Source: Felis catus (lineage: Eukaryota). From it: a stretch of DNA of 64,000 bases. The DNA lies in the NCBI RefSeq assembly GCF_018350175.1, contig NC_058368.1, forward strand, positions 133,674,001 to 133,738,000, read 5' to 3'. The stretch's first letter is position 1. Each line of letters starts with the position of its first letter. Made by a program: the position numbers and the translations under genes. The notes under the pieces are model-generated. The model searched no databases, had not been told where the DNA came from, and saw only the letters and a program-made list of their open reading frames with translations. Shown piece after piece: positions 39,790 to 52,346 of the stretch.

Positions 39790-40030
39790 GTTGTGCATTT
39801 ATTGAAGGCCTCCTATGTGTAGTCAAGCATTTTGTATAAAATAATAAACAGAAAAGGCATGACCCCTGCTCTCATGTGGTTTATATTAACACATTTTATT
39901 TAAAAATGTATCCTGATGGTTAATAGATGTTCTGAAGGAAAGGAGCAGAATGTTCTAGGTGAGGATCACGGTGGCTCTAATTTAGATTGGGAAGTCAGTA
40001 GCACAAGTGATATTTGAGTTGAGTTAAATA
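39790..40030 (-). mobile_element. L2 fragment
   Basis: gcatttattgaaggcctcctatgtg...gacccctgctctcatg. Confidence 0.65.
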
Positions 40031-40707
40031 TTTTAATTTAGTAAAGTAGAAGAAAGGCATTTTGTTCTGGGATAAAATTTGCAGTTCTGTTTGATCATAG
40101 AGATTTCAAGCAGTTGAAATCATTGATCCTTCCTGTTTACTTAAATTTTAAAGTGCTAACCAAGGAATAAACTTTAGATGTTACCCAGAAAGCCAAATGG
40201 GATAATTCAAAATGTATAATGTGTTTATAGATAGTAACCCATATTAAGGGGAATAATATTGGGGATGAACAATGAATATTGTGGTAAATGGTTGAATATG
40301 GAAAAAATGGGGGTTAGAAACAAATGTACCACTAGAGAATGAAGATAATTATTTTGGAAAAGGAAAAGTCTGCATTCAAATCCACAAACTTTGAGTAACT
40401 ACTGTGTGACAGAGTATGTGCTAGGAGACAAGTAAGATGCTGTGACACCCTTCCATGAGTATACCATTTCAGAAACAAGTGACATCCTTCAACAATCCTG
40501 AAAGCCAAAAATGCTCCATATACTGTTATAGGAGGTATTGTTTTTTGGAAGGGAGTAGACATTTTAACACAATATTGTCAGTTTTAGGTGAAGTAAATAA
40601 AAATAAAGCTAATTAGGATCTGAATGAATCTGTATTGAATGTTATATGCTATAAATACAGATATATATTTCCATCGCACCTTCCAGTACTTAAGGAACAT
40701 TTGTCAA

Positions 40708-40929
40708 GGGGCACCTGGGTGGCTCAGTTGGTTAAGCGTCTGACTGTGGCTCAGGTCATGATCTCGCTGTTGGTGGGTTCGAGCCCCGCTTCGGGCTCTG
40801 TGCTGACACCTCAGAGCCTGGAGCCTGCTTCAGATTCTGTGTCTCCCTCTCTCTCTGCCCCTCCCCCACTTGTGTTCTGTCTCTCTCTCAAAAGTAAATA
40901 AATGTTAAAAAAAATTAAAAAAAAAAAAA
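40708..40929 (+). mobile_element. CAN-SINE
   Basis: Full body; TSD acatt(t/c)gtcaa. Confidence 0.94.
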
Positions 40930-41959
40930 GACATTCGTCAAATCAGTCCTCCATTAGACTACAGAAAGCAATCTCAGCAAATTATCCAGAGCATACTGTT
41001 AAAGGTTCTCTACTCTTCCTAGCTGGGTAACCTTGGACAATGTAATTACTCCCTTTCCACCTCCCTTTCCTCACTTATAAAATGGGAATAAGAATACCAG
41101 TACTTGAAAGTGTATGGAATAGAAACAAATGTGAAGCTTTTAGTGTAATACTAGAAATTAATAATGTTTTCAGGAGTTTTTGAAATAATATTCTCCTAAA
41201 TATTAGCTAAAAGAAAAACAATTAGAAGGTAATGAACAACCCAAATGTTACAAATTTTTAAAATTCAAGTTCTGCTCAGGATAAAATAAATAGTTTACAA
41301 AACACTTTTGAGCATATTTTTATAGAATGTATATTTTGTGCTTTCAGGTGACCCATTTCCACATCAACCTCAGTGATCACTTGATATTCTTGCAAAGGTT
41401 TTTGCTCTTGGCATTTTGTAAGATGCTGATTTCAGCAATTCCTAATGGTCCTAAAAAAGGTGCTGTATTTGCATTGAGACATTAGACTATTATTTAGCTC
41501 TTTCTGGAAGATAGGGGAATCGGAGAAGGATTTTCATGTTTCCAAAAAGTAAATTTGTGCTTTGAACTTTATTCTCTTTTTAGTTTTACTTTTTGGGTTC
41601 ACAGTGCCAGACAGGTCAAGTTTGATTGTACTTGGGGTACAGCTCTTACAAGTTGGGAGAAAATAGTGACAATGAGGGAGATGAGACCAGATACACTCTT
41701 CTTAAAAACCTTACAAGATATACATTGGCAAAGATGTGAAAATGTCACATTAACAACAACAGAGAAATTTCTTGGCATTGCTTGACCAATCAAAATAGGG
41801 GTAAGGCCTAATTTTCTCTTTCGCAGACACAAAATGCCTAAATTCAAGCAGATGTGATGGCAAAGCAAACCTGAGTCTTTCCAGTCTTCTAGTTGATCCC
41901 TTTTATTGCTTGGTAGAATTTGGGATATCAGGATGAAAATCAATTTAAAGACTGTTGTT

Positions 41960-42150
41960 GGGTGCCTGGGTGACTCAGTCGGTTGAGTGTCCAACTTTGG
42001 CTCACGTTAGTGGGTTCGAGCCCCGCATCAGGCTTTACGCTGACATCATAGAGCTTATTCTGGATTCTCTGTCCCCCTCTCTCTGCCTATACCCCACTCG
42101 CTCACTCTCTCAAAAATAAACATTGGGGAAAAAAAGTTGAAAGAAAAAAA
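41960..42150 (+). mobile_element. CAN-SINE
   Basis: TSD aaaga(c/t)tgttgtt. Confidence 0.92.
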
Positions 42151-42390
42151 GATTGTTGTTAAGGCAAATAAGTTTGGACCAAATGTCCCTACCTCCCTCT
42201 CTTCCCCAGAATATAGCCAATAATATCTTTTCTGAAAAATTCTATTTTTAAACCAAGAAAACATTTTATAATAAAGCTAAGAAATATTAATTTTCTTTAT
42301 TGTGGTATTTTGACGATAGTAGGTATTCTATAAATGTGAGTTAAAGGAATGATAGTTACCAAACATGTGATATAAAGAAATAACATTTCT

Positions 42391-42625
42391 GGGGGACCTG
42401 GGTGGCTCTGTCGGTTGAGTGTCAGGCTCTTGGTTTTGGCGCAGGTCACAATCTCATGGTTTTATGAGCTCGAGCCCCATGTCGGGCTCTGTGCTGGAAG
42501 CTCAGAGCCTGTTTGGGATTCTCCCTCTCTCCTTCTCTCTCTGCCCCTCCCCCGCTCATGCTGTCTCTGTCTTCCTCAAATAAATAACTAAAAACTCAAA
42601 AAAAAAATTTAGAGGGGAATAAAAA
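42391..42625 (+). mobile_element. CAN-SINE
   Basis: TSD gaa(a/g)taacatttct. Confidence 0.92.
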
Positions 42626-43118
42626 GGAAGTAACATTTCTTTGCTCTGCTAGTCTCCATAGCATGCATTGCAGCCGTTCATGTAATTCTGGTACTTTGTT
42701 AACATGATTTTGTAATTTATTTATTTATTTATTTAGCTTTTCTGTTAGCATGAGTTTAAAAAGCAGAGAAGCACACACATATGGGTCATCTCTAATGGAT
42801 TCTCAGATCGCCATAACGTTTTATAACCAAACAGTGTATTTGACTTGGAATTTGCAAGACATATCAGGGAAAGAAATTTCAGAAAGATGAGCATTTGTAG
42901 AAGAATATAGAGTGACCTTCACTGATGATGCACCCATTTGTGCCCTTTCTTTATACCTTGTCTTCCCCAGGTTTCAAAACTTAATGTCCATAAATGTTGA
43001 TGATAAGGTTTCCATAAAAGAACTTAGCTAAGCTCTTGTATATAGCTTTTTTTATGTTTAAAATTTGCTGCTGATCATCTGAATTTTTTTTTGACTGCTT
43101 TAAATTTATCATCCTCCC

Positions 43119-43322
43119 TGCCTGGGTGACTGAGTCAGTTAAGCATCTGACTTCGGCTCAGGTCATGATCTCACTGTTCATAAGTTTGAGCCCTTCATCA
43201 GGCTCTGTGCTGAGAGCTTGGAGCTTGGAGCCTGCTTTGGATTCTGTGTCTCCCTTCTTCTCTGGCCCTTCCCCACTTGTATTCTGTCACTCTCTCTCAA
43301 AACTAAATAAACATTAAAAAAA
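43119..43322 (+). mobile_element. CAN-SINE
   Basis: cctgggtgactgagtcagttaagc...aataaacattaaaaa. Confidence 0.9.
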
Positions 43323-44902
43323 TGTTTTCATATTTTTTTAATTCAAAGTTACCATTCTCCCCTTCCTAGTTAAAAGGTAAGATTTTTACTTGTGAATCTT
43401 CACATTACCTCTTTTAGGCGTCTGTAATTCTGACTCACCTGCCCGCTCTTGGTCCCAGATTTTAAAAAAAGAAATCCTTTGCTGTGGCTTCTTCTTAAGA
43501 TCCTGTCTCTGGATCAATGAAGAAATCTTTTCCTGTCCTAGACTCAGAAATGTTGTCTGATTTCTTGCCTTTTTTCTCTTTGAAGGGGAAAAGGGACATT
43601 TCTCATCCTTAATCCACACCATAGATGTCTCTTAAATTAAGGATTCAGAATGTGAGTCTGCTGTGAAGGACACAGTTAGGCTAGTGCATGGAGAACGAGC
43701 GTGAAATAGATACCACTCCGCCTTCAGTGGTCAGCCAGAATCCTGGAAGTGGAGAGATTTTTGCATCTATTTATGAAAATCTCACAGAACTTCACTTAAG
43801 AAAAGTATTTAATTGTATAATTCACAACTTGAAAATTAAAAAAAAAATTAAAAATCACCCATTGTTAGGATGGCCTATTAAAGAGGGCCTTTCTCTGAGG
43901 AAGATAAAGTTCTTCAGGCCACATATATTTAAGCAGTTAACAAAAATGGAAAATATTGAGGGTAGGACAATTTTCCATACCGCTGATGATCCGTCCAAGC
44001 AGGAGATAATCATGGTGTTGCTGAGTATGGAAATAGAAAAACTTTTTTTGTCAGTTACCTCCTCCGGGAAGTGCTTTATAGTTTGCACAGCTTTTTCCCA
44101 AGTCCTGTGTAATTTAACTTAATATTTCTGTGTGTTGTCCACTTTTGACGGAGTTTTTTAATGAGTACCTCCAGCTTACCTTTTGGGTTATGTGTCTGAC
44201 ATGTATCTAACCTGATGCAATCTGTTTCCTAAAATGCCATTGAAATCAGATTTTGGTGTGAATCAAATTTGTTGAGTCTATCACCTAGAAAAATGTTCCT
44301 GGAATCATTTGGTCAAATAACTCAATGTCTGTACTTTATGATCTGGAAAAGGATGGTGCACTGTAATAAAATGAAGTAGTTGGAGTCAGATAATCTGATT
44401 TACAGTCCTGCCTCAGTCACTTAGTAAACGCGTAATGTGAGGCAAGTAATTAATTATTTTGGTCTCAGGTAGCTCTGTAAAATTTACCCCTGTACCTAAG
44501 GATGCTGTATTTTCTGCATATTTTCCCCTGGATTTGTCATTTTATTCCATTTTCTATTTTTTTCTGGTTCTGATTTAATTTTTTTTTTTTTTACTTCATT
44601 TGTTACTTTATTAAATGGTATTTAGTAGTGTATGTGTGCTTTCTTATGTATTGCCTCAAATCCTGTGTGGAATGCAGCAGGGTATAAATAACTTTCTAAA
44701 AAGAGGGAGTATGTTTGAAAAGTGTGTGAGAAAGCTGTAAAAGCTCTAAAATAGATTTTTTGCTTTTATGAAAGATGCAGCTTGAGACTTGTAGGAATCC
44801 CCATATTCACAAGTTTGAGGGATTTTCACAAACTGTGCACATCCATGTAACCAGCACTTAGGTCAAAAAACAGAACATGATTTGTACCTCAGAAGCCCCT
44901 TT

Positions 44903-45129
44903 CTTTATTTAAAAAAAAATTTCTTTAATGTTTATTTATTTTTGAGAGAGACAGAGACAGAGTGTGAGTGGGTTAGGGGCAGAGAGAGAGGGAGACACAG
45001 AAGCAGAAGCAGGCTCCAGGCTCTGAGCTGTCAGCACAGAGCCTGATGTGGGGCTCGAACTCACTAGCTGTGACATCATGATCTGAGCCGAAGTCGGACG
45101 CTCAACCAACTGAGTCACCCAGGCACCCC
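44903..45129 (-). mobile_element. CAN-SINE
   Basis: TSD gaagcccctttcttta. Confidence 0.93.
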
Positions 45130-45145
45130 TGAAGCCCCTTTCTTT

Positions 45146-45350
45146 AAAAAAAAAAAGTTGATTTATTTTGAGAGAGAGTGAGAGAGCAAGTGGGAATGGG
45201 GGCAGAGAGAGATAGAGAGAGAATCCCAAGCAGGCTCCATGCTGTCAGTGCAGAGCTAGATGTAGGGTTCACACTCACGAACTGTGAGATCATGACCTGA
45301 GTCGAAATCAAGAACCAAATGCTTAACCGACTAAGCCACCCAAGCATCCC
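45146..45350 (-). mobile_element. CAN-SINE (older subfamily)
   Basis: gaatcccaagcaggctccatgctgtcagtgcagag. Confidence 0.9.
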
Positions 45351-46071
45351 TCAGTACCTTTTATGTCTTAAGGTAACTTGAGCAACCTATGTAGATGACA
45401 GTGATAAACTGTAAGAAAGGGTCTTATTTTGCGGAAAGGAAGAACAGGAGAGGGCAGGAGAGAGAAAAGGGACAGGGAGTGGAAGATGCTTCTGTCCTGA
45501 TCTTCAGTCATTGTGCCCCTCTGAGACACGATCCTCTCCTAAGTCACCTTGCTTCACTAATATCACACCCATAGGAGGCATTGAATCTCTGTTCTTCGGT
45601 GAATGAACACATGCAGACACCTTCATTTTACTCTCTGAAGTTGCTCTGTGAAGTGATGGAGAATCCTTAGACGCCATTTGGCTGCATCTCACAAAGGCCT
45701 GCTTGAAAAGTTAATTCCACTTCTTAAAGATAGCCATAACATTGAAACCTGACTCTTCATCTCCTTGGCACGCAGAACATAAAACTGGTCCCTCCTTAAA
45801 CTTTTATTCTATCCTTCCCCCCGCTTCACCAAAGAATATCATTCCTAAGAACCAGACTTACCAGTGATTCATCTCTGCATCCCCTATAATGCCATGGTTT
45901 ATATAAACGCTTAATAAAAATGTGTTCCATTTCTGCCTATCAGACATATGACCTTCTTCATGGCCATTAAATGACCTAGCCTTGACCCAGCTTCAGAGGC
46001 TTTGCACTTGCTGTTCTCCCTGCCTGTGGTGCTGTGTTGAAACTCTTCATCCTTTTCACTCTCCCTTTGGA

Positions 46072-46277
46072 TTTTTTTTTTTTACATTTATTTATTTTTG
46101 AGAGGCAGAATGAGACAAAGTGAGAGTGAGGGGAGAGGCAGAGAGAGGGGGAGACACAGGATTGGAAGCAGGCTCCAGGCTCTGAGCTGTCAGCACAGAG
46201 CCCAACATGGGGCTTGAACCCACAGACTATGAGATCATGACCTGAGCCGAAGTCTGACGCTCAGCTGACTGAGCCCC
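46072..46277 (-). mobile_element. CAN-SINE inside L2 debris (about 45850-46560)
   Basis: SINE body; flanks ttttca(c/t)tctccctttg repeated. Confidence 0.9.
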
Positions 46278-46622
46278 ATTTTTCATTCTCCCTTTGAAGC
46301 TCCTGCATCACTATGATTTCCCCACCCTGACCTGAAGGCACTATCTACTCCCAGAGTCACTGACCGTCCTGTCACCTATGATGGCACCTGCACAGCACCT
46401 GTCCTTATCAGAAACAATCTTATTTATGTGCTTACTTTGTTTACCCAACTTAAGAGGATTCCACAGGTGGGTTTCTGTCTTGCCTGCTCCTGTATCTGGT
46501 ATGCTTACAACACCGACTGCTGAGTGAAATGCGTGAAATGAATGGTAGCAGAAATGAGAGAGTGAAATTGTTCATAACGTGATTTTTACTGGATTATGTG
46601 AGTGATAAAAGAAGATGACGCA

Positions 46623-46830
46623 GGGCACCTTGATGGCTCAGTCGGTTAAGCATCCCACTTGGGCTCAGGTCATAATCTTGTGGTTCATGAGTTCAAGCCC
46701 CCTCATCGGGCTCTCTGCCGTCAGCACAGAGCCTGCTTCGGATTCTCTGTCCCCATCTCTCTCTGCCCCTCCTCTATTCGCACTCTCCCTCTCTCTCTCT
46801 CTCAAAAATGAACATTAAAAAAAAAAAATA
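46623..46830 (+). mobile_element. CAN-SINE
   Basis: gggcaccttgatggctcagtcggttaag...A-tail. Confidence 0.92.
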
Positions 46831-47251
46831 CACATGCACCTTTTCTGAAAGTTCTCCTCAACCATGCATAGCTTTTAGAATGTGTAAATAATTGAACATA
46901 TATAGAAAAAGACGCTCTGGCCTCAGGATTGTGTCCACCTTGCTTTGCAAAATTCCCTATCTAGGTTTCTGGTCGGGTGTGGCCTGGAGACACTGTTAAT
47001 TAGGTTTCTGTGACTTACAGATACTTCTGGGGCTCTAGCTATAAAAAGTCTTTCCCCCTGAAAACAGGACAGAAGCATATACATATGCTTACATTGGTAA
47101 TATTGCCGAGAGAAGAAATAGGGAATAAAAAATGAAACAATAATACAGCATTTTTTTTCCTTAGGCGAAGTGTAATGAAATCAGAACCAAAATGTTTAAA
47201 ACTGGTTGATGATGCTGTGCGTCCTGCAGAAATTGGCCCTTAACTTTATAG

Positions 47252-47446
47252 CAGAGTTTCTAGAGCTGCACTATTGATTTGTGGTTGGTTAATTCGGGAT
47301 TGTGAGGGGCTGTATGTGCATTGTACGATGTTTAGCAACAACCTTGGCCTCTGCACACAAGATGCCAGTAGCTGCGACCCCCTTCTCTCCAGTTGTGACA
47401 ACCAAATATGTCTCCAGACATTTCCATCTCTGGTTGGGAACCACTG
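47252..47446 (-). mobile_element. MER20
   Basis: gatgtttagcaac..gatgccagtagc..agttgtgacaaccaaatatgtctccagacatt..ggttgggaaccactg. Confidence 0.85.
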
Positions 47447-47931
47447 TTGTAGAGTTTACGTAGAAGGACCTAGCCTTAAGCCATGTCAGTGCATTTGTGC
47501 AAAATCTAGACTTCCACCATTAAGGAGACAGTGGTGTTCCCTCCCTGTAACTGTAGAAAGCTGCTTAGCTTCAGCCTTGTGCATATGTCTTCTCAGTTAT
47601 ACCAGTAAGATTTAGAACAGTGTCCTCCTCACCTCCCACCACCACATTGCACGAGACTCTAGTGTTACTGTAGGTTCCTCCTGTGTGCGCGTGTGTGCGC
47701 AACTAGTCCTGGGTCTCTGCCTTCCAGCCGGCAGGGGCCTTTCTGGGTCTGTATGTAGTAGCTGAACACATCCTGATTCTCCAGGTTCGTGGATGCCGCT
47801 CTCTGAGCTGCAGACACAGTTCAGTTATCTAATACTGTGGAGAGCTATAGTTACAAGAGAAGGGAGGGCGAGTGTCCTCAGTCGGTAGTTTCACCACTAT
47901 AGGGAGGGTCGTTCATTCATCTTTCAGCAGA

Positions 47932-48164
47932 TTTTTTTTCTTTTTTTAAAAAAAAATTTCTTTGACATCTGTTTATTATTGAGAGACAGAGACAGAGCAT
48001 GAGCAGGGGAGGGGCAGAGAGAGGGGCAGACACAGAATGCGAAGCAGACCCCAGGCTCTGAGCTGTCAGCCCAGAACCCGACGTGGGTCCCGAACCCACA
48101 AACCGCAAGACCATGGCCTGAACCGAAGTCGCATGCCCAACCGACTGAGCCACCCAGGCGCCCC
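47932..48164 (-). mobile_element. CAN-SINE at the poly(A) end of the adjacent L1
   Basis: Full body, CpG-rich. Confidence 0.93.
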
Positions 48165-48170
48165 ACCTCC

Positions 48171-49817
48171 TTTTTTTTTTTTTTAATTGATGTATAATTA
48201 ACTTGCAGTATGATATTAGTTTCAGATGCATAGTATACTGATTAACCAATTCGGTACATTATGCACTGTCAAGATAAGTGTGCTCTTAATCCCCTTATCT
48301 GTTTTACCCACCCCCACCCCCACCCCCACCTCCTCTTTGGCAGTCACCAGTTCTGTGTGTTTAAGATTCTCATTTTTTTGTTTTTCTCTTACTTGTTTGT
48401 TCATTTATTTCTTAAATTCCCCATGTGAGTGAAATCATATAGTATTTGTCTTTCTCTTACCTCACGTACCCTCTAGGCCAATCCATATTGTTGAAAATGG
48501 CAAAATCATTCTTTTTTTGGCTTAGTAATATTCCGCTGTGTGTGCATATGTACACACATAAATATGAGACCTGAAATCCTAAAACTCCCAGAAGAAAACG
48601 TAGGCAGTAATTTCTTTGACCGTGGCCTTGGCAACACTTTTCTAGATATATCTCCTCCGGCCAGGGCAACAAAAGCAAAGTTAAACAATTGCAATTATAC
48701 CAAAATAAGAAGCTTCTGGACAGTGAAAGAAACCATCAACAAAATGAAAAGGCTGTGTGTGTATATGTGTATATATGTGCATATACATGTGTATAACATA
48801 TTTACACAGTGCATCTTCTTTGTCAGTATATTGATGGACGCTTAGATTGCTTCTATACCATAGCTATTAGAAATAATGCTACACTAAACAAAAGGGCATG
48901 CATATCTTTTTGAATTGGTGTTTTCATTTTCTTTCAATAAATAGCCGTTAGTGGAATTATTGGATCCTATAGTAATTCTGTTTTCAATTTTTTAGGAAAA
49001 CCTCCATGCTGTTTTCCACAGTCATTGGACCCACTTGCATTCCTACTAGCTGGGCGTGAGGGTTCCTTTTTTTCCACATCCTTGCCAACACTTATTTCTT
49101 GTGTTTTTTATTTTCACTATCTTGGCAGGTGTGAGGTGATAATCCCATTGTGGTTTTGATTTGCATCTACCTCATGATGTTCAGCACCTTTCCAGGTGTC
49201 TGTTGGCCATCTCTATGTCTTCTTCGGAAAAATATCTATTGAGGTCCTCTGCCTACTTTTAAATGGATTATTTGTTGCATGAGTCATATGAGTTCTTTCA
49301 ACTTATGGGAGAGGTCATTTGCAAGTATCTTCTCCCATCGGTAGGTTGCCTTTTCATTTTGTTGATGGTTTCTTTCACTCTCCAAAAGCTCCTTACTTTA
49401 GTATAATCGCAATTGTTTAATTTTGCTTTTGTTGCCCTGGCCGGAGGAGATATATCTAGAAAAGTGTTGCCAAGGCCAACGTCAAAGAAATTACTGCCTA
49501 CGTTTTCTTCTGGGAGTTTTACGGTTTCAGGTCTCATAGTTAGGTCTTTAATTTTGAATTTATTTTTGTGTATGGAGGTAGAAAGTGGTCCAGTTTCATT
49601 CTTTTGCATGGAGCTGTCCAGTTTTCCCAGCGCCATTTGTTGAAGGGACTGTCTTTTCCCTGTTGTATATTCTTGCCCCTTTTGTCTTAGATTAATTGAC
49701 CATAGAAGTATGGGTTGATTTCCTAGCTCTCTATTCTTTTCCATTAATCTATGTGTCTGTTTGGGGGCCAGTACCATACTGTTTTAATTACTACAGCTTT
49801 GTAGTGTAGTTTGAAAT
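48171..49817 (-). mobile_element. 5'-truncated carnivore LINE-1 (ORF2 C-terminal part, 3'UTR, poly(A))
   Basis: ORF2-like peptide RPETVKLPEENVGSNFFDVGLGNTFLDISPPARATKAK..KETINKMKRQPT; T-run at 48171; probable TSD ttt(c/t)agcagat near 47922-47932 and 49817-49827. Confidence 0.92.
48563..48753 (+). repeat. 191-bp inverted copy of L1 segment 49348-49538
   Basis: Manual alignment: colinear, no indels, about 11 mismatches. Confidence 0.92.
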
Positions 49818-49820
49818 TTT

Positions 49821-50255
49821 AGCAGATATTTATTGAATATTTGTATGGACTGCTGTTGACACTGGAGTTGCAACACACCTTCTTGGAGCCCACATTTTTA
49901 TAGGGGAGAGACAATAAATGAATATAAAATATGTCCAGTGATAGATGTTGAGGAGAAAAATATATCAGGGTGAGAAGGAAACAGTAGATGGGGCGGGGGA
50001 GGGCGGTGGTGGGTCTTGGAATTTAAAAAGCCTCCTCGGGGGGTTGTAAAAGACATTCAGGAGTAGGATATTTGGACATGTCAGGGAAAAAGAGTTGGAG
50101 GCAGAAGAAGCAGTAAACGCAGAGGCCATGAGATAGAAATGTGTTTGGTGTACAGGAAGGACAGTGAGAAACAAAGGAGTTGCAGGGAAGGAGGCCAGGG
50201 AGGGTGGGTGTGGGTATGCCCTGTGAAATTTTGTAGGCATGGTAAGAACGCTTCA
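49821..50255 (-). mobile_element. L2 fragment (continues about 51510-51860)
   Basis: atatttattgaatattt...cttggagcccacatt..ggggagagacaataaa; later ttggagggttttcaacacaggagtga..aaagatcactct. Confidence 0.7.
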
Positions 50256-50523
50256 ATGTTTTTAACAAACAAAATTTCAGACGTGTACTGCAGAGAACGG
50301 TATACTGAACCCTTCACATACCCATTATCCAGGTTTAATAAATGTTAATATTAGATTACTGTGTATCTAATAAATAGTAATATTAGATACAACATGGTAT
50401 CTTACTCTCCCTCCCCAGATTATTTTGAAGCGGAGCATAGACACTTTATTTTACCTGTGAATATTTTTATATGTATCTCTAAAAGTTAGGAAGCTAAAAG
50501 TGATCCTGATTCCAGTATTATTC

Positions 50524-50698
50524 TTTTTAAAAATTGTTTTAAGTTTGTTTATTTATTTTGAGAGAGCGAGCGAGCAGGGGAGGGATGGACAGAGAGAATC
50601 CCAAACAGGCTGAGGGGCTCAGACTCACAAACCATGAGATCATGAATCCACACCCAAGAGTTGGATGCTTAACCGACTGAGCCACCCAGGTGCCACCC
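50524..50698 (-). mobile_element. CAN-SINE (internally deleted)
   Basis: gagaatcccaaacaggct...gactgagccacccaggtgcc. Confidence 0.88.
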
Positions 50699-51403
50699 TC
50701 TGATATTATTCTTAAAATAATATTACCGCATATCCAGTCAGTGTGTGTGTCTGTTACACTGAGTATTTCCAGGTATTTGATTATGTGTTTGTTTGGTGTC
50801 AGGACACACAAGTTCATATGTTGCAATTCATTGATTTGTCTCTTTAGTCTCGTTTAACCCCTCTGTCTCCTTCACTCCCCGCATTGAGCATTTTGGTTTA
50901 AGAAACCAGGTCCTGTGTTGTGGTTTTTGCTTTTCCCAGGCTAGCTCTTTTGCTGATCACTTCTCTTTGTCCCTATATATACTGTAAATTGATGCTTTGA
51001 TGTAGTGGCTTGATTATATCCGGGTCGTGTGGCTTTTTTAGTAAGACTGCTTCGCCTATGTTGTACCAAGAGGCATAGAACAACCACTTGTCTCTCTATG
51101 ATGCTATAGTCACATCATGATCATGACCACAATCCACTGACTTATTAGGGTTTGAGAAATGATGATACTCTAATTGTAGCACTCCTTCTTTATTTACCAG
51201 TTGGAATATTTATATAAAGAATCATTTTTTCATCTGTGAGGTGCAGTTCATAGGGAAATCAAGATAAGTGGTTGATTTTTCCCTTTTCCAGCTTTCAGAA
51301 TTAATGGGGTAGTTCCCTAGCATCTTCTAAAAGGGGCCCAGGCTGGCTGGTTCCTTCCTCCCTCCTTCCCCCCTTCCTCCCTTGAACTCCTGGCCTTAAA
51401 CAC

Positions 51404-51451
51404 TGTTCTAATGTTCTAATGTTCTAATGTTCTAATGTTCTAATGTTCTAA
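51404..51451. repeat. (TGTTCTAA)6 perfect tandem repeat
   Basis: Six exact 8-mers. Confidence 0.95.
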
Positions 51452-51993
51452 TATGTTGCCATTGTCACAACTATTGATGCTTGGTTTTTTGGGGTTTGGG
51501 CCACGTTTGCTAGGTTTTTAGCTTTTACACAGAATGAGAGGGAAACTCTTGGAGGGTTTTCAACACAGGAGTGATATTCTGGAAAAGATCACTCTAGAAT
51601 CTGTGTAGCCAACAAAGTGTAGAGAATGTCAAGGAGGAAGTGGAGAGATCAGTCACAAGGAAATTATAATGATCCAGCCTGGTTAGGACCCTTGGATCAG
51701 CATGGTTCAGGGGGGAAAGAATGGTAAGAGTCAGGACATTTTACCTTGCAGGGAAACTTATTTGGCAAGGACAGGAGGATAGGGAGTTTGGGTTTGGATA
51801 TTTTAAATTAAGGGTATTAAAGGGAAATTCAAGTGAAAATATTTTGTGGTCCATTGGTAATATGGAACTGAAATTCACTTAAGACCTGTGTAGAGAAGTC
51901 TGTTGAATAAAATTCTAATGTGTCTCCTAAGATGAGGTACTTTAAGAGATTAAAAACTTTAGAGAATTTAACTTTTTGGGAGGCAGAGTGGAA

Positions 51994-52346
51994 CCTTCCT
52001 TCCTTCCTTCCTTCCTTCCTTCCTTCCTTCCTTCCTTCCTTTCCCCTTCCTTCCTTCCTTCCTTTCCCCTTCCTTCCTTCCTTCCTTCCTTCCTTCCTTC
52101 CTTCCTTCCTTCCTTCCCTCCTTCTTCCTTCCCTTCCTCCTTCCTTCCCTTTCTCCTTCCTTCCTTTCCCCTTCCTTCCTTCCTTCCTTCCTTCCTTCCT
52201 TCCTTCCTTCCTTCCTTCCTCCTTCCTTCCTTCCCCCTTTCCTTCCTCCTTCCTTCCTTCCCTTCTTCCTTCCTTTCCCCTTCCTTCCTTCCTTCCTTCC
52301 TTCCTTCCTTCCTTCCTTCCTTCCTTCCTTCCTTCCTTCCTCTCTC
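51994..52346. repeat. About 350-bp pure polypyrimidine (CCTT)n-based tract
   Basis: Only C/T on the + strand. Confidence 0.95.

Larger units (their letters stand above)
50262..51480 (-). mobile_element. Old L1 (L1MC-like) fragment
   Basis: aaaatttcagacgtgtac..gaacccttcacatacccattatccag; tttggttaagaaaccaggtc. Confidence 0.65.
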
